From Selaginella moellendorffii (lineage: Eukaryota > Plantae > Lycopodiophyta), in contig NW_003314268.1 in assembly GCF_000143415.4 (NCBI RefSeq), positions 2,558,494 through 2,622,493 on the forward strand: DNA of 64,000 bases, read 5' to 3'. Shown one piece after another: positions 1 through 11,441 of the stretch. The notes under the pieces were generated by a model that was given only the letters and a program-made list of their open reading frames with translations, was not told where the DNA came from and did no database searches. How positions within the stretch are numbered: position 1 is the first letter of the stretch; the number at the start of each line of letters is the position of its first letter. The translations under genes and the position numbers were made by a program.

Positions 1-1000
1 GGTAGTATCGGATTCGCAGCCGCGGAAGGAGACATTGGAGGAGATGGAGGGCTTGATCGGGTCCAGGCAGAGCATTAGATCAAAGTATGCCGAGAAGCTA
101 ATGGCAAGGAGAATGGCCGCGGAATCGAGAAGGGAGCAGCAGGGACGATTTGGTGTGGAAGCTGGCGATGAGAATTTTGCCATGCCATCGATATCTTCGG
201 ACAACAAGTTTGAAGCTGTGCGAGGGTCGATGCAATTACTGGGATACTTGCAGGTGAGAAATCAGGAATGAAGAGTTTGATCTTCGATTTCTCGGCAAGA
301 ATTCTTTTTTCTCTTTTCTTCGCCTCGAGTAAGAGCTCTTTTCCTTGCGCGTTTATCTGGGTGACTGAATTTTCTCTTGGTCGTAGGAACGAGGAGTGCT
401 CCAGGCTCTCGTGGCTCCAAACAATGGAAACCAGGAACGGGCATACCTTGATCAGCTGCTTCACAAGTTTAGCTTCGACTGCGTCGAGAACACCGAAGAT
501 GGATTGAGGTTGGACTAGATTTTTTTGGTTTGATGATAGAAAACGATGAGAAAACTTTGTTGCAGTGAGGATGTGGTGAGCTCTCTCTGCTCAAAGTGGT
601 GTCTTCCTGCGAATCAAGTCATGGTGGTAAGCATTCTCATCTCATTTCGCTGCTAGAGCTTACAAAATCCAATTTTTCATAGGTGGTCTCGGCAGATCTA
701 ATCCCAGACCTCATGAATCCTGCCGGAATCTTCAAGTGCCGCGTGACCGACGCCAAAAATGCTGCTGCTGCCGAGGGAAATCTTGAGGAATTCGCTGCGG
801 GCAGCCAAGAAAAACCAAGACAAACAGGGATGTTTCAATGGTTCCGCACAGATTTCCAGCAGATATCTCCGGAGCCAGTTCTTCGCCCAGGAAACCATTT
901 CAATGCGCATTACAACGTGAAGGACATGACACAGCTCAAGTGGCTGTTCGAAGAGCTCAATGGAATCTCTTACAGGCCCATTCTCTCTGGGGTTAAATGA
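1..1000 (+). CDS. 3' part of a multi-exon gene of unknown function (possibly HAD-like)
   Basis: Open exons joined by short GT-AG introns (donors ~254, ~509, ~627). Last exon is ORF 683-1000 ending ...HYNVKDMTQLKWLFEELNGISYRPILSGVK*. The 5' end lies outside the window and the family call is weak. Confidence 0.45.
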
Positions 1001-1062
1001 GGTAATTTAAAGTGTGGCTTTGGCGGGAAATGAAATTTAGGGTTCTTGGCGATAGGGGTTTT

Positions 1063-1660
1063 ATGGCGCACGCGAATTCTATTCCAGGTATGATCTTGGC
1101 CTTGGATCGCAGCGGACGATCTTTCCTTGGAATCTGGAGCCGCAGGGAGCTCGCATTTTCGATGCTCGCGCTTCCTATTGTAGCGCTGCCTCCAGCGGCA
1201 GCTCGGGCAGAGCAGGAGGCTAGTGTCAAGAAGGAGGAGAGCTTGCTGGATGGGATTCTGTCGGTGTTTGATCCAAACGAGACGACGAAGTCCGGGAAGA
1301 AGCTGCCAAAGAGCTACCTCAAGGCGGCCCGGGATGTAGTGAAGAATTTGCGCGAGGCTTTGCAGAAGGATCCAGCCAAGGAGGAGCAGAAGTTCCGGGA
1401 GGCTGCAAACACTGCCAAGGATTCCATTCGGGAGTACCTCACGAAATGGAAAAATTCCAAAGAGGTCCAAGAACAAGTAAGCCAGGTTCATAGCTTTTCT
1501 CCTTCTCATTGTTTATATGCAGAGCTCGTATCAAGTTTTGGGAAAAGCTTTGCGGCAGCTTGGGAGTTTCTACTTGAAATCTGGACCAACAGCGGTTATG
1601 CCAGACGATATCAAGTCAGAGATTTTGCAAAACCTTAGCAATGCCGAGACAGATTTGTAA
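1063..1660 (+). CDS. PSB27-H2: Photosystem II assembly/D1 processing factor Psb27-H2 (LPA19-like), thylakoid lumen
   Basis: Twin-Arg lumen signal (SRRE...AAARA) and FDPNETTKSGKKLPKSYLKAARDVV motif. A 46-nt intron (1477-1522) joins to SSYQVLGKALRQLGSFYLKSGP...ETDL*. Confidence 0.9.
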
Positions 1661-1686
1661 CGAAGCTTTTTGATCCATCGCCGTTG

Positions 1687-4044
1687 TCATCGCCTGGCCA
1701 GTATGTTTTTTCCTATTGTTTTTGCGGTGCTCGACACTGCCTTGGATGCCTTGACAAGTTTGGTGAGCTCGCAGGAAAGCGAGTGAACGTTGGATAGCAT
1801 TATGTAAGACGAGGAGAGTTTGGAATCCAGCTCCACAAGCTTCTCAGCAGCACGCTTTGCTCGCCTCTCATCGTCGTGAGTTTTGCAAGCTCCGAGAAAA
1901 GCTGTCCAGGCTATGATCTTCTCGTCGCGAGAGAGAGGTATACTCTCCATCGCATTCTCCGCTAACTCCAACTTCCCAATCCTTCCTAGCAGATCTATCC
2001 AGCAGACTTGATGTTCAGGCAGAAGAGCTAATCCCCGGTCCTGTTCAATAGAGGAGAAGTAACTCAAGCCTTCGGTGATCAAGCCCGAGTGACTACACGC
2101 ACAAAGGACACTCACGAGAGAAATCTCATTGGCCTCGACGCCGTGAAGCTCCATTGATCGAAATAGCTCCACAGCTTCCAGACCGTGCCCATTTTGAGCA
2201 AAGGCCGTCACCATGGAAGTCCAAGGCAATGTCATTTCTGCTCCGAGTTGTTCCTCCAGCGCATTAAAGACCAACTTGGCGTCCACCACGCTGCCGCACT
2301 TTCCATACATGTCGATCAACCCGGTAGCCACTTCGGTGAGAGGAACGCTACCATCCTCGAGAGCACGGTGGATAGCTCGTCCTTGGGAGAGACCCGAGAT
2401 GTTGGCACAGGCATCAAGAACAGCGGTCAAGATCACCACGTCCGGACTGGTTCCTTCGACGTCCATCTTCTTAAACAGGTCGAGAGCTTCTCTCTCGTCG
2501 TTGTTCTCGACGTAGGCGACGATCATCGCAGTCCAGCTGACGACATTCTTATCCAGCAGCTTGTCAAAGGCGGACCGGGCATCTCTAAGGCTCTTGCATC
2601 TCCTGTACATGCAAGTAAGCGCAGTGGCAGTGATGGTGTGGGATTCGAGCCCAGCGGCGATGATCCTCTCGTGCAAGGCGTTTCCCTGGCGAAGATCATC
2701 GCAGGCATTAAGAATGGTGACGAAAGTTATACTGCGGTGCTTGTAGCCGGCGAGGTCCAAGCCCCGGAAGATCGTCAGAGCCGCAGGAAAGTCACTCGCC
2801 TCGGCGTAAGCTCCGATCATCGCAGTCCCCACGACTTCGTTCCTCACGGGGAGGCGATCAAACACCGACTTCGCCTCGTTGCAGCACCCGGAGCTCCCAT
2901 ACATGCTGACGAGCGCGCCTCCGATATGAACATCGTCATCGATTCCAAGCGCAGAGGCTTCCGAGTGAAGGATCCGGCCGTCTCCAATCGCTCTGGCGGA
3001 GGAGCTTGCGCAGGCATCCAGAGCGCTGGTGAAAGTCAAGAGGTTTGGACAGAAGCCGTGGAGATCCATGAGCTTGAAGACGAGCAGCGCAAGATTGGAG
3101 TGGCCGTTTTGAGCGTACGCCGCCACCATAGCCGACCACGACACGACAGTCTTGTCGGGTGTCTGCTCAAACACCGACAGCGCGCGCTCAAGGCATCCGT
3201 TTTGTCCGTAAGCTACTGCCAGCGATGTCCACGACACGGAGTTCTTGACGGACATGGAGTCGAAGCTCCGCTGTGCGTCGTCGGGGCTGCGGCATCTTCC
3301 ATACATTCCGACAATCGCAGTTCCAACGAAGACGTCGTGCTGGAATTCACCCGACAAGAGAATCTCCTCGTGGATCATCCTCGCCAGCTTCAAGTTCCCG
3401 AGGTTCCCGGAAGCGTCGATGACCCCCAGGAAAGTTATCCTGTCCGGCTCCACGCCTTCGAGGGTCATGGCGAGAAAGAGGTGGAATCCCTCTCGGCTAT
3501 GCCCGTTCTTGGCATACCCGACGATCATCGAGTTCCAGGACGCGGTTTCTCGATCCGGCATTGCATCGAAGAGCTCCCTGGCTGCGGGAGCGCGATCGTT
3601 TTGGCCGAGAGCAGTGATCATCGCGTTCCAGCAGGGGATGCTTCGCTGGGGGATGAGCGCGAACGCTCTCCAGGATTCCGGGAGGTGACCATTCTGGGCA
3701 TACGCAGAGACGAGGCTGATCCACGAGTAGATGTTCCTTCTCTCCAAATTCTCGAAGACCCTTTGCGAGTTCCCGGGATCTCTACACCGCCCGTATGTGC
3801 TGATGAGGAGATTTCCCAGGATTTGTAGGCGATCGAAGCCGGTTTGGATCATGTGAGCGTGGAGACGCCGCGCATCGTCGAGGGATTGCTTGTGGGCGTA
3901 GCTCTTGAGCAAAGCAGTGTAGATTTCCTGGCATTTTAGGGGCTGTGACGGATCTATCCCCTTCAGCGCCCCTTCGAGACTCGCGAGTTGAGGCCCAGAG
4001 ACAAACGATCGTCGATGAAAGCGAAATCCGAGAGACTTGGACAT
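1687..4044 (-). CDS. PLS-class PPR protein with E domain, no DYW (organellar RNA editing factor type)
   Basis: Intronless 785-aa ORF with P/L/S repeats (..NVVSWTAMIVAY..). E-domain signature WTAFLGACKTH...SSYIMLSN. Confidence 0.93.
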   Translation of the reverse strand: MSKSLGFRFHRRSFVSGPQLASLEGALKGIDPSQPLKCQEIYTALLKSYAHKQSLDDARRLHAHMIQTGFDRLQILGNLLISTYGRCRDPGNSQRVFENLERRNIYSWISLVSAYAQNGHLPESWRAFALIPQRSIPCWNAMITALGQNDRAPAARELFDAMPDRETASWNSMIVGYAKNGHSREGFHLFLAMTLEGVEPDRITFLGVIDASGNLGNLKLARMIHEEILLSGEFQHDVFVGTAIVGMYGRCRSPDDAQRSFDSMSVKNSVSWTSLAVAYGQNGCLERALSVFEQTPDKTVVSWSAMVAAYAQNGHSNLALLVFKLMDLHGFCPNLLTFTSALDACASSSARAIGDGRILHSEASALGIDDDVHIGGALVSMYGSSGCCNEAKSVFDRLPVRNEVVGTAMIGAYAEASDFPAALTIFRGLDLAGYKHRSITFVTILNACDDLRQGNALHERIIAAGLESHTITATALTCMYRRCKSLRDARSAFDKLLDKNVVSWTAMIVAYVENNDEREALDLFKKMDVEGTSPDVVILTAVLDACANISGLSQGRAIHRALEDGSVPLTEVATGLIDMYGKCGSVVDAKLVFNALEEQLGAEMTLPWTSMVTAFAQNGHGLEAVELFRSMELHGVEANEISLVSVLCACSHSGLITEGLSYFSSIEQDRGLALLPEHQVCWIDLLGRIGKLELAENAMESIPLSRDEKIIAWTAFLGACKTHDDERRAKRAAEKLVELDSKLSSSYIMLSNVHSLSCELTKLVKASKAVSSTAKTIGKNILARR

Positions 4045-4239
4045 CCGCCATCAAGAGCGCGAGGAGGACGAAGATACACTTGGCATGGAATCGCAGCCGT
4101 TAGATAGATCGGACGGCCTGCAAGAAAGCCCTTATCTTTCTCTCTTGTTAGGGTTTATCCGCTATGTAATTCACGGGCGAGGGACACAGAGGGAAGCGCG
4201 GGAGAGGAGCGCCGGCGGTGCGCGGCGCGAGCTGCGAGG
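4045..4239. promoter_or_regulatory. Putative bidirectional promoter with telo-box
   Basis: 195-bp gap between divergent ATGs, with TAGGGTTT at 4149-4156. Confidence 0.45.
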
Positions 4240-6069
4240 ATGTTGTCATCGCTGCAAGCGCTGAATGCGGCTGGAGCGGCTCCCTGTGAGTGCTTGGTTT
4301 CTTGTGGTTCCTGTGATTGAATTCGTGGAATTTCTTCTTCTTTCTTCTCTCCAGCTAGTCGCTCCGCTGCATTCCAGCCAAAGGTGAAGCCGCGAGCTCG
4401 AAAAGCCGCTGCCGCGGATGAAAATATCGCGCCTACACAGGAATCATCGCCTGTTCCACCTCCATCGCCGACTCCGGCGGCGCCAGTAGCTCCGATAGCT
4501 CCTCCGGCTCCAGTAGCAGCGGCAACATCTGGGGCTCCAGCCCCCAGTAATCCGCCAGCCGCCCTGAGAGAAACTCGAGGGGTATCATCGCGGAGCACGC
4601 AATCTACATTGCCTCCATCGGCCCGATTGGTAAGAGTATTTCTCTTTTCTTTGTTTCTTTCTTGACGGTTGCTTTTCATGGAAGGATCCTTCCGGGCCTT
4701 CAACCTCTGCCGGGCCATCGGCTTCTAGCCAGAAACAGCGGCCGCCTTCTGTGGTGCCACCCTCCACCAGCGAGACGGGTGAGAGCTCCAAGGGAAAAAG
4801 GAAGAGGGCGTCAGGGAGCCCATCTCCACGCCAAAAGCGAGGTAGATGTACGTCTTTCTTTTGTATCCCAGTTCAGGCTCTCACATACACATTTTATCCA
4901 CAGCTGATATCAATGTTGACGAGGCCATCGATCCTGCGACGATGACTATGAAAGATATTATCAAGCTTGCGGAAGCAAAGGAGAGGAAGGTGAGTCTGTT
5001 TTTTTCTCAAAGAAGACCTGCTTTCTTTTTCTGATGAACTTATGCATTAACAGAAGCAAAAGGAGGAGGCCGCTAAGAAGCAGGAACAGCGAGCCTCTGC
5101 TGGCGCAACCGAGCAGCGGGATAGAGAGAAGGAGCAAGCGTATGTGCTTAGTTTCTTTCGTTTTGCGCTTTCTTTACTTGACTTGTTTCGACAGGGTTCC
5201 TCTAGCACCGCAAGTCGAGGTCGTGGATGGAAAGATCGTTATTAATCAGCAGAGCCTGGAAGTAGACGCGAGGGCTTTCAACCAAGACGACGTTGGATCC
5301 TACAGGCGCATAGACGAGACAACAACGAAACTAAATTATCATTCTTACATGGACAAGATCCCAAGGGATAGATGGAAGCCTGAAGAGACTGACATGTTTT
5401 ACAAGGTACAAAAGCCAAAGTACTTGCGCCAGTCTAACATCCGTTTGATCAGTCTGTTCAGCAGTTTGGCACTGATTTTGCTGTCATAAAATGCCTGTTT
5501 CCGGGGAAGACACGCAAACAGATAAAAGCGAAGTACAAGAAGGAAGAGAAGGAGAATCCAAGGCGTATGTCGCAGACAATTCTCCAACCCAGGGGAGGTG
5601 TGTTACTGAGCATTTTACCTTCCATCTTTTGTCAAACCAGTGTTAACGATGTCAATTTCCAGATTTGGCTCACTATGAGGAGCTTGTGAACAAGCTCAAG
5701 GCAGCAGCAGCCGCGGAAGCGACCGCAGAGGACGAGTTTGATTTCACTTGGGATATCAATGCTACCAAGGTGAGGTTGGCTTTTCTTCTTTCCCCCTTTT
5801 CTACGAAGCCTTTGTTGTTCTCTGTGTAGGGCGCTGGCGAGCCCGTCCAGGAGGACATGGCAAACGCTGAGCATGATGGTAACGAAGAGAATGGAGGCAA
5901 TGGTAACGAGGAGGATGAATGTAGCTACGAGGAGATGGTGATGGAGGAAACGTCTGTGCCAAAGCAGGAGGAAGAGCGGCGAGAATGTAAACCGGATTAC
6001 TCCGCTGCAACGCCACCACCGCCGGCCCTGTTTGCGTACGAGACGGAGCTCCCATTTGCATACACGTGA
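4240..6069 (+). CDS. BDP1: TFIIIB subunit B'' (BDP1-like, SANT domain)
   Basis: APQVEVVDGKIVINQQSL, LNYHSY..RWKPEETDMFYK and FGTDFAVIKCLFPGKTRKQIKAKYKKEE motifs spread over several exons with short introns. Confidence 0.88.
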
Positions 6070-6649
6070 CGTGACTGATTTCAGAGCTAACGTTTAGGCA
6101 TTCAGAATTTTTCTGTCCAAATTTTTTTTGAGTACATTCTCTATTTTTGTTTCAGATTAGTTTTGTGTTAGGATGGCAAACAGGATAAACCATGTCCAGA
6201 TATTGGATGGCCTACATTGTGCTATATTATCATTGATGGGTTGAACGTGAGATATGTGTGCTATATGTTGCCCATCCATTTACCCATTTGATATATTAGG
6301 AGACCAAGTTGAGCTTCCATTTTGTATGGTAGCCACATGATGTTGATAAACTTCATCGACACTGGATCAGCTTATTACCATTGGTACTTTTGTGCCCTTG
6401 CCAAAGATTCTAAGGATTTTTGCATATAATGTTGGTAAAACATGATTTAAATACTTTCACCAAATAGCATGGAGTGATTAACATCAAAACCATAACAAAC
6501 AAACAGTAGACATCTTTGCATTTTGGTGTTGGGTGAGGCACAGCTTTTCCAGGGAATATGAGCAACAGATCAAGGAGGGCATGTGGAAGGTAGCAGTTGC
6601 TAATCTGCTTAGGTCCCTAGGAATCACGCACCAATCAGTCAGGAAATAG

Positions 6650-6993
6650 CTTACATATAGAGCATGAAAGACTCGTGAATATCAACTTGTTTTACTCTTT
6701 ACCATCCTCGAATACAGCCACCACAAGCGTCAAGAACAAACCGGTTGTGGGTGATGGTGTTGGTGGAATCGTACGTCCCTTTGGCTCGTCCCACAATCTC
6801 GGGTCACGCGATGGGATGGACCCTTGGTGAGAACATCGTCGATCGCTCCAAACTTGCCACCCGGGACGAAAGCCACCGTGGAATTGCTAGTCATGGTGAA
6901 CAAGCCGCATGCATGCTCCTGGAATTGATTAGATCGATCGTGTCGTGGAAATAGAACTCCAGCACTTGGATTTGAGTTGCATAGCAAGAGCAC
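6650..6993 (-). pseudogene. Dirigent-family remnant
   Basis: FGAIDDVLTKGP followed, after a frameshift/stop, by EIVGRAKGTY. Nucleotide similarity to 60360-60510. Confidence 0.6.
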
Positions 6994-7095
6994 GAAAGCA
7001 CCATACTAATCCTAAGGGGAAAAGAAAAACTTATGGAGGAAAGATTCTATGAGTTGTTCAACCTAAAATTAGGTAATGCACCAATTTAAATACCC

Positions 7096-8802
7096 ATGCA
7101 TGTAACCGAAGCAAATGAAAAAGAAGTCATGCGTGACAATTTCTCCCCATCACGCTACTTTGTAGTTGTGCTAACTCTACTTTCAGTTCCCGCTACTCTG
7201 GCTCTAAACTTCTCATTTTTTGAAGAAGCAGCAGATGCCAGATTCGCACCAGAAGGCTATGACTACATCATTGTTGGAGGAGGTGCTTGTGGATGTGCAC
7301 TAGCGGCAACTCTGTCGCAAAAGTTCAAAGTCGTGCTGCTGGAAAGAGGCGACTCCCCGTATGGATATCCCGTGCTGATGAGAGAGGAGAATTTTGCAGT
7401 GAGCATGCTCGATCTAGCTCATTCTCAAGCATTTCTGACCACAGACCTGGTACTAAATGCAAGAGCAAGAGTCCTTGGGGGAGGAAGCTCCATCAACGGT
7501 GGCTTCATGACTCGCGCACCAAAGTCCGAGATAGACAGCATCGTGGGCTTGGATGACTACGCTCAAGTGAATGCATCTTATGAGTGGCTTGAGAACGGGA
7601 TATCATCGCTGCCTCGGACTGGACCCTTTCAGACCGCTTACAAGAATGCGCTGCTCCAAGCTGGTGTGACGCCCGATAATGGTGTAACTTACGATCACCT
7701 TCCAGGAGCGAAGGTTGGAGGCACTCTCTTTGATGGGAATGGAACTCGGAGGCCTGCATCAAACTTGTTGCCCCTGTATGCGAATCTGAGCAACGTCCAA
7801 GTTGTGATAAACGCTCTTGTTCAGAAGATCATCTTCTCAGGTAATTATTCAGTTTTTATAAGTTTGACGTGTTTTCGTTTCTCTTAAATAGGTTCTGGTA
7901 CTCCAAGAGCTGTAGGTGTTCTAGTCACAGGCTGTTTATCTGGGAAAACGTATACTGTTCTTCTCCGGAATTCATCCAAAAGTGAAGTGATACTCACAGC
8001 AGGTGCAATAGGCACTCCTCAGCTGCTCATGCTTAGTGGAATTGGTCCCAGAGACCACCTTCAAGCTAAGATAATCAAAGTGGTCGCGGATTCCCCCGAT
8101 GTTGGAAAACACATAGTTGACAATCCATCCACCAGAGTCTACATCGACTCACCATCCCCAGTTGAAGTTTCCCTCATTCAAAGTGTGGGGATCGATCCAT
8201 CTGGAACATACTTCGAAGGGTTAAGCAGTCCGCAGCAGAGTCCAATCGTTGTGGTCACGCAGAAGGTTGCTAAGCCTCGTTCAAGTGGAGAGATCTGACT
8301 TTTAACTCTGAATGCTGATGATAATCCTCAAGTCACCTTTAACTACTTCAAAGACTCTGTTGATATGCAGACGTGCGTGAGTGGAGCCAACACACTTGAA
8401 GAAGTTTTACTGACTTCCAGCTTCAGGCCTTTCATCACTGGTTTACAGCCCATGCCTTCTGGTGGCATTGTGGCTGCTCCAAATCGAAGGAATCCTTTAC
8501 TAAAGCCAACCATCAACACAACACTCGCACTATACTGTCGAACAGGCCTGGCAACCATGTGGCATTACCATGGTAGCTGTAGAGTGGGAAAGGTGGTGGA
8601 TCGAACTTACCGAGTTATTGGGGTCGAAAAACTCCGAGTGCTTGATAGCAGCGTGTTTGATTTCTCTCCAGGGACGAATCCTCAGTCGACTTTCATGATG
8701 CTAGCAAGGTACAGTATTATTTCTCATTTTCGTTATTCTTGTTTGGTTGAACTAAATCACCTCTGCAGGTACATGGGATTGGAAATGGTTAAGCAGGCCT
8801 AG
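7096..8802 (+). pseudogene. GMC oxidoreductase (HOTHEAD / mandelonitrile lyase-like) with one in-frame stop
   Basis: [49 protein letters not shown] and PGTNPQ motifs. Introns ~7841-7891 and ~8709-8768. TGA at 8296-8298 interrupts an otherwise continuous frame. The 5' start is uncertain. Confidence 0.85.
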
Positions 8803-10044
8803 GCTTAAATGTCATTTTGCTTTACTTGATTATGAACAAAATAAACTTCATTTGATTTTAATGTCTTCTGATGTGAACACCACCAGACAGAGCTAAGAAG
8901 TCTACTCTTGATTGGATTATGTTTGAAAAAAATTGATGTCGTTTTCTGAATATATATTTCTAGAATATGCTCGGATATTTTGGGATATTCTACCAGGTAT
9001 TTCTAATTTATATAGTATACTCTACCATCTAATGGTTGATATGCAATAAGATAATCTGGTGAATTAAATTAATAAATAATACTAAATGTTTCACTATTCT
9101 CAAAATATAAATATTCTAGTATATTCTCAATCTGACGGTTATTATTCATTTAGATTGGTTTTTTAATATCCTTGGAATTATCCAGGTATATCTTAGGATA
9201 TTCTTTTCTAATTTTGTTGTAATCCTTTAAATAAAAAGAGCATATTTATCCATCAAATCTTAGTGAGGTGATTTCAATGAAAAACTTGGGAAAATAGTGT
9301 ATTTTTGTCAGACATAAATTCTCAGCCATAGTTTCAGTTCATATTGATCATTTGGTTGGATATAAATTCTTCTATCTCTTTCTTTCTAAATTAGAAGACA
9401 AGACAAGTGAGAGGTAAAATAAAATAGTTATATTAATATCACTATTGTAGCACATAATTAAAATTATATTATCAAGATAGTTTGGTTTGTGTAAAGAAAA
9501 TACCTAGAATATAGAAATATATTCTACTCACTTATTTGATCCACTCTTTATTGAGATGGCTCTCACAACAAAGCCTTCATCTTATCAGTTTTTTTCTCTT
9601 TGATTTAATTATTAGTAATTCTTTCTAGCTATAAATATGAACTAGGAACAAAATGACCTTTGATTAGTGAATGTGGCCCGGTGGTGACAATCTCCACACT
9701 TAATATAGTGTACCAAATGATTTCGTATGAACTTCCTTTTCAAAAAACTTTAACCAAAGGTTGTATACAACTTGCATGAGATCCTACTATAATAGATTAT
9801 AGTAAGGATTCTATGCAAGTAGAATTTAACATGTTGATAACATGTATACAACCCCACCAATGTCAGAACACCTTAACTTTGGTGGTTGTTTAGAAAGGAT
9901 ATCACTCTGATATTGTCAAATGAGTCATTTTGTTTTGAAATAATCTTACATTTTCTACTCTAAAAGTTTTCTCTCCTTAGCCTCTCTAACTGTTCTCAAG
10001 GAGCATTGCTTGACTGTTGAGCTACTGGGGTAATCTTCTAAAAA

Positions 10045-11383
10045 TCACTGTTGAAGCTCTTCATCGTGTAGCCTCTGGAGCTTGGCCTTGTGCTCCTTGA
10101 GAACATCTGGATGCACGTTTTGTGCCTGGAGGTGCTCTAGAACCTCGGCCTGGCATCTAATTGCTTGGCTCCATCTAAAATTTTCAGAAAAAAAACATAA
10201 AAATCAAAGAAAAACCAAATTAGATACCTACCTGTTCATGGACGAGTATACCGCTACCAGGCTGAGAGCTGCAGCCAAGATGCTGGGATGCCCCATTCCA
10301 AAGTTCTTCTCAGCGATCGCCTTTGCCCTCTCGAAGTGTGAGGAGGCTACTGGAATATTTTCGAGCTCCAGGTTTGCAAATCCCATCAAGTTGAAGACCT
10401 CAAACAGGCCCTCGTGCTCACTGCTCTCCGCCTTCAGAATTTCCATGGCCCGGGTGAGTTTTATCAGTGCGGTCCTCATCCTTACGACGGTAAACGAGGA
10501 ATTTGTCCCTGTTCCATCGTTACGAATGCAAGCCATTGCAGCATCTACATACTCTGCGGCCAAAGACCTCCCGAATTGGCTCTTCTGGAATCTATCATGC
10601 AAATGCATAACATCAAGGAGAAAAATAAAATCAAGTTTACCTATTGTTCCCGCCGCCACCTTGTTCCTTGGCATGACCTAATTCTTCTATCTCGCAAGCT
10701 TTATCTTCGCTGCTAGTTTGGATAGTTTCTGAAGATTCTTGTGCATGGCAACTATTGACGTCACCAACTCTCTCCTTGCTGCTAGTTTGGATAGAATCTA
10801 CATGGTGTATTGTAGCTTCTGAACATTCCTGTGCGCCAACGTCAATCCCAAAGTCTCCCTCTTTTCCTCTTAGTAAACCATCCTCGGCTTGCTTGAGCTC
10901 CGCTTCGTTGCGATAGCTGATAAAACCTAGCTCGACTCGAGTTTCATGTTTTTCCCTATCTCCATCACCACCATCATCTTTCCTTTTTCTCTCAAAGACC
11001 CACCAAAGCCCAAACGCTAGAAGAGCTACCACCCCTACGAACACCACAAAAGGAATCAAAGATAGAAGCGCTGTTGTTTTTGTTGACGCTGGTGATATAG
11101 TTGGAGTTGGAGTTGGAGATGGAGTTGGAGATGGGAATGGAGTTGGAGTAGTTGGAGATGGAGTTGGAGATGGGAATGGAGTTGGAGTAGTTGGAGATGG
11201 AGTTGGAGATGGGAATGGTGTTGGAGTAATAGGAGATGGGAATGGAGCTGGAGCTGGAGCGAATGGAGTTGGCGATGGAGACGGAGGAACTGGAACTGGG
11301 GGCCGAAAGTGATGGTGATGCCATCCAATCCTTCTTGAAACTCCCCAACCTTGATAGTCGTGAGGACCTCTCCCAGGATCCAT
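10045..11383 (-). CDS. Pro/Ser/Thr-rich ectodomain + single TM + cytoplasmic TPR (kinesin-light-chain-like) protein
   Basis: PSPTP repeats, a TM helix followed by RKRK, and introns 10592-10640 and 10175-10231 that join in frame to [40 protein letters not shown]. Confidence 0.65.
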
Positions 11384-11441
11384 GAAAGGGAAAAGACAAC
11401 TTCAAACGTTTTAATAGCTCCGACCTCGTCCCTTTAGCAAT

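Noticed and set aside
2185-3828. 547-aa antisense ORF
   Set aside because: Shadow of the GC-rich PPR coding strand.
4240-6069. Functional link between BDP1 and the Pol III-promoter LTR
   Set aside because: They are 11 kb apart with unrelated genes between, so proximity is most simply coincidental.
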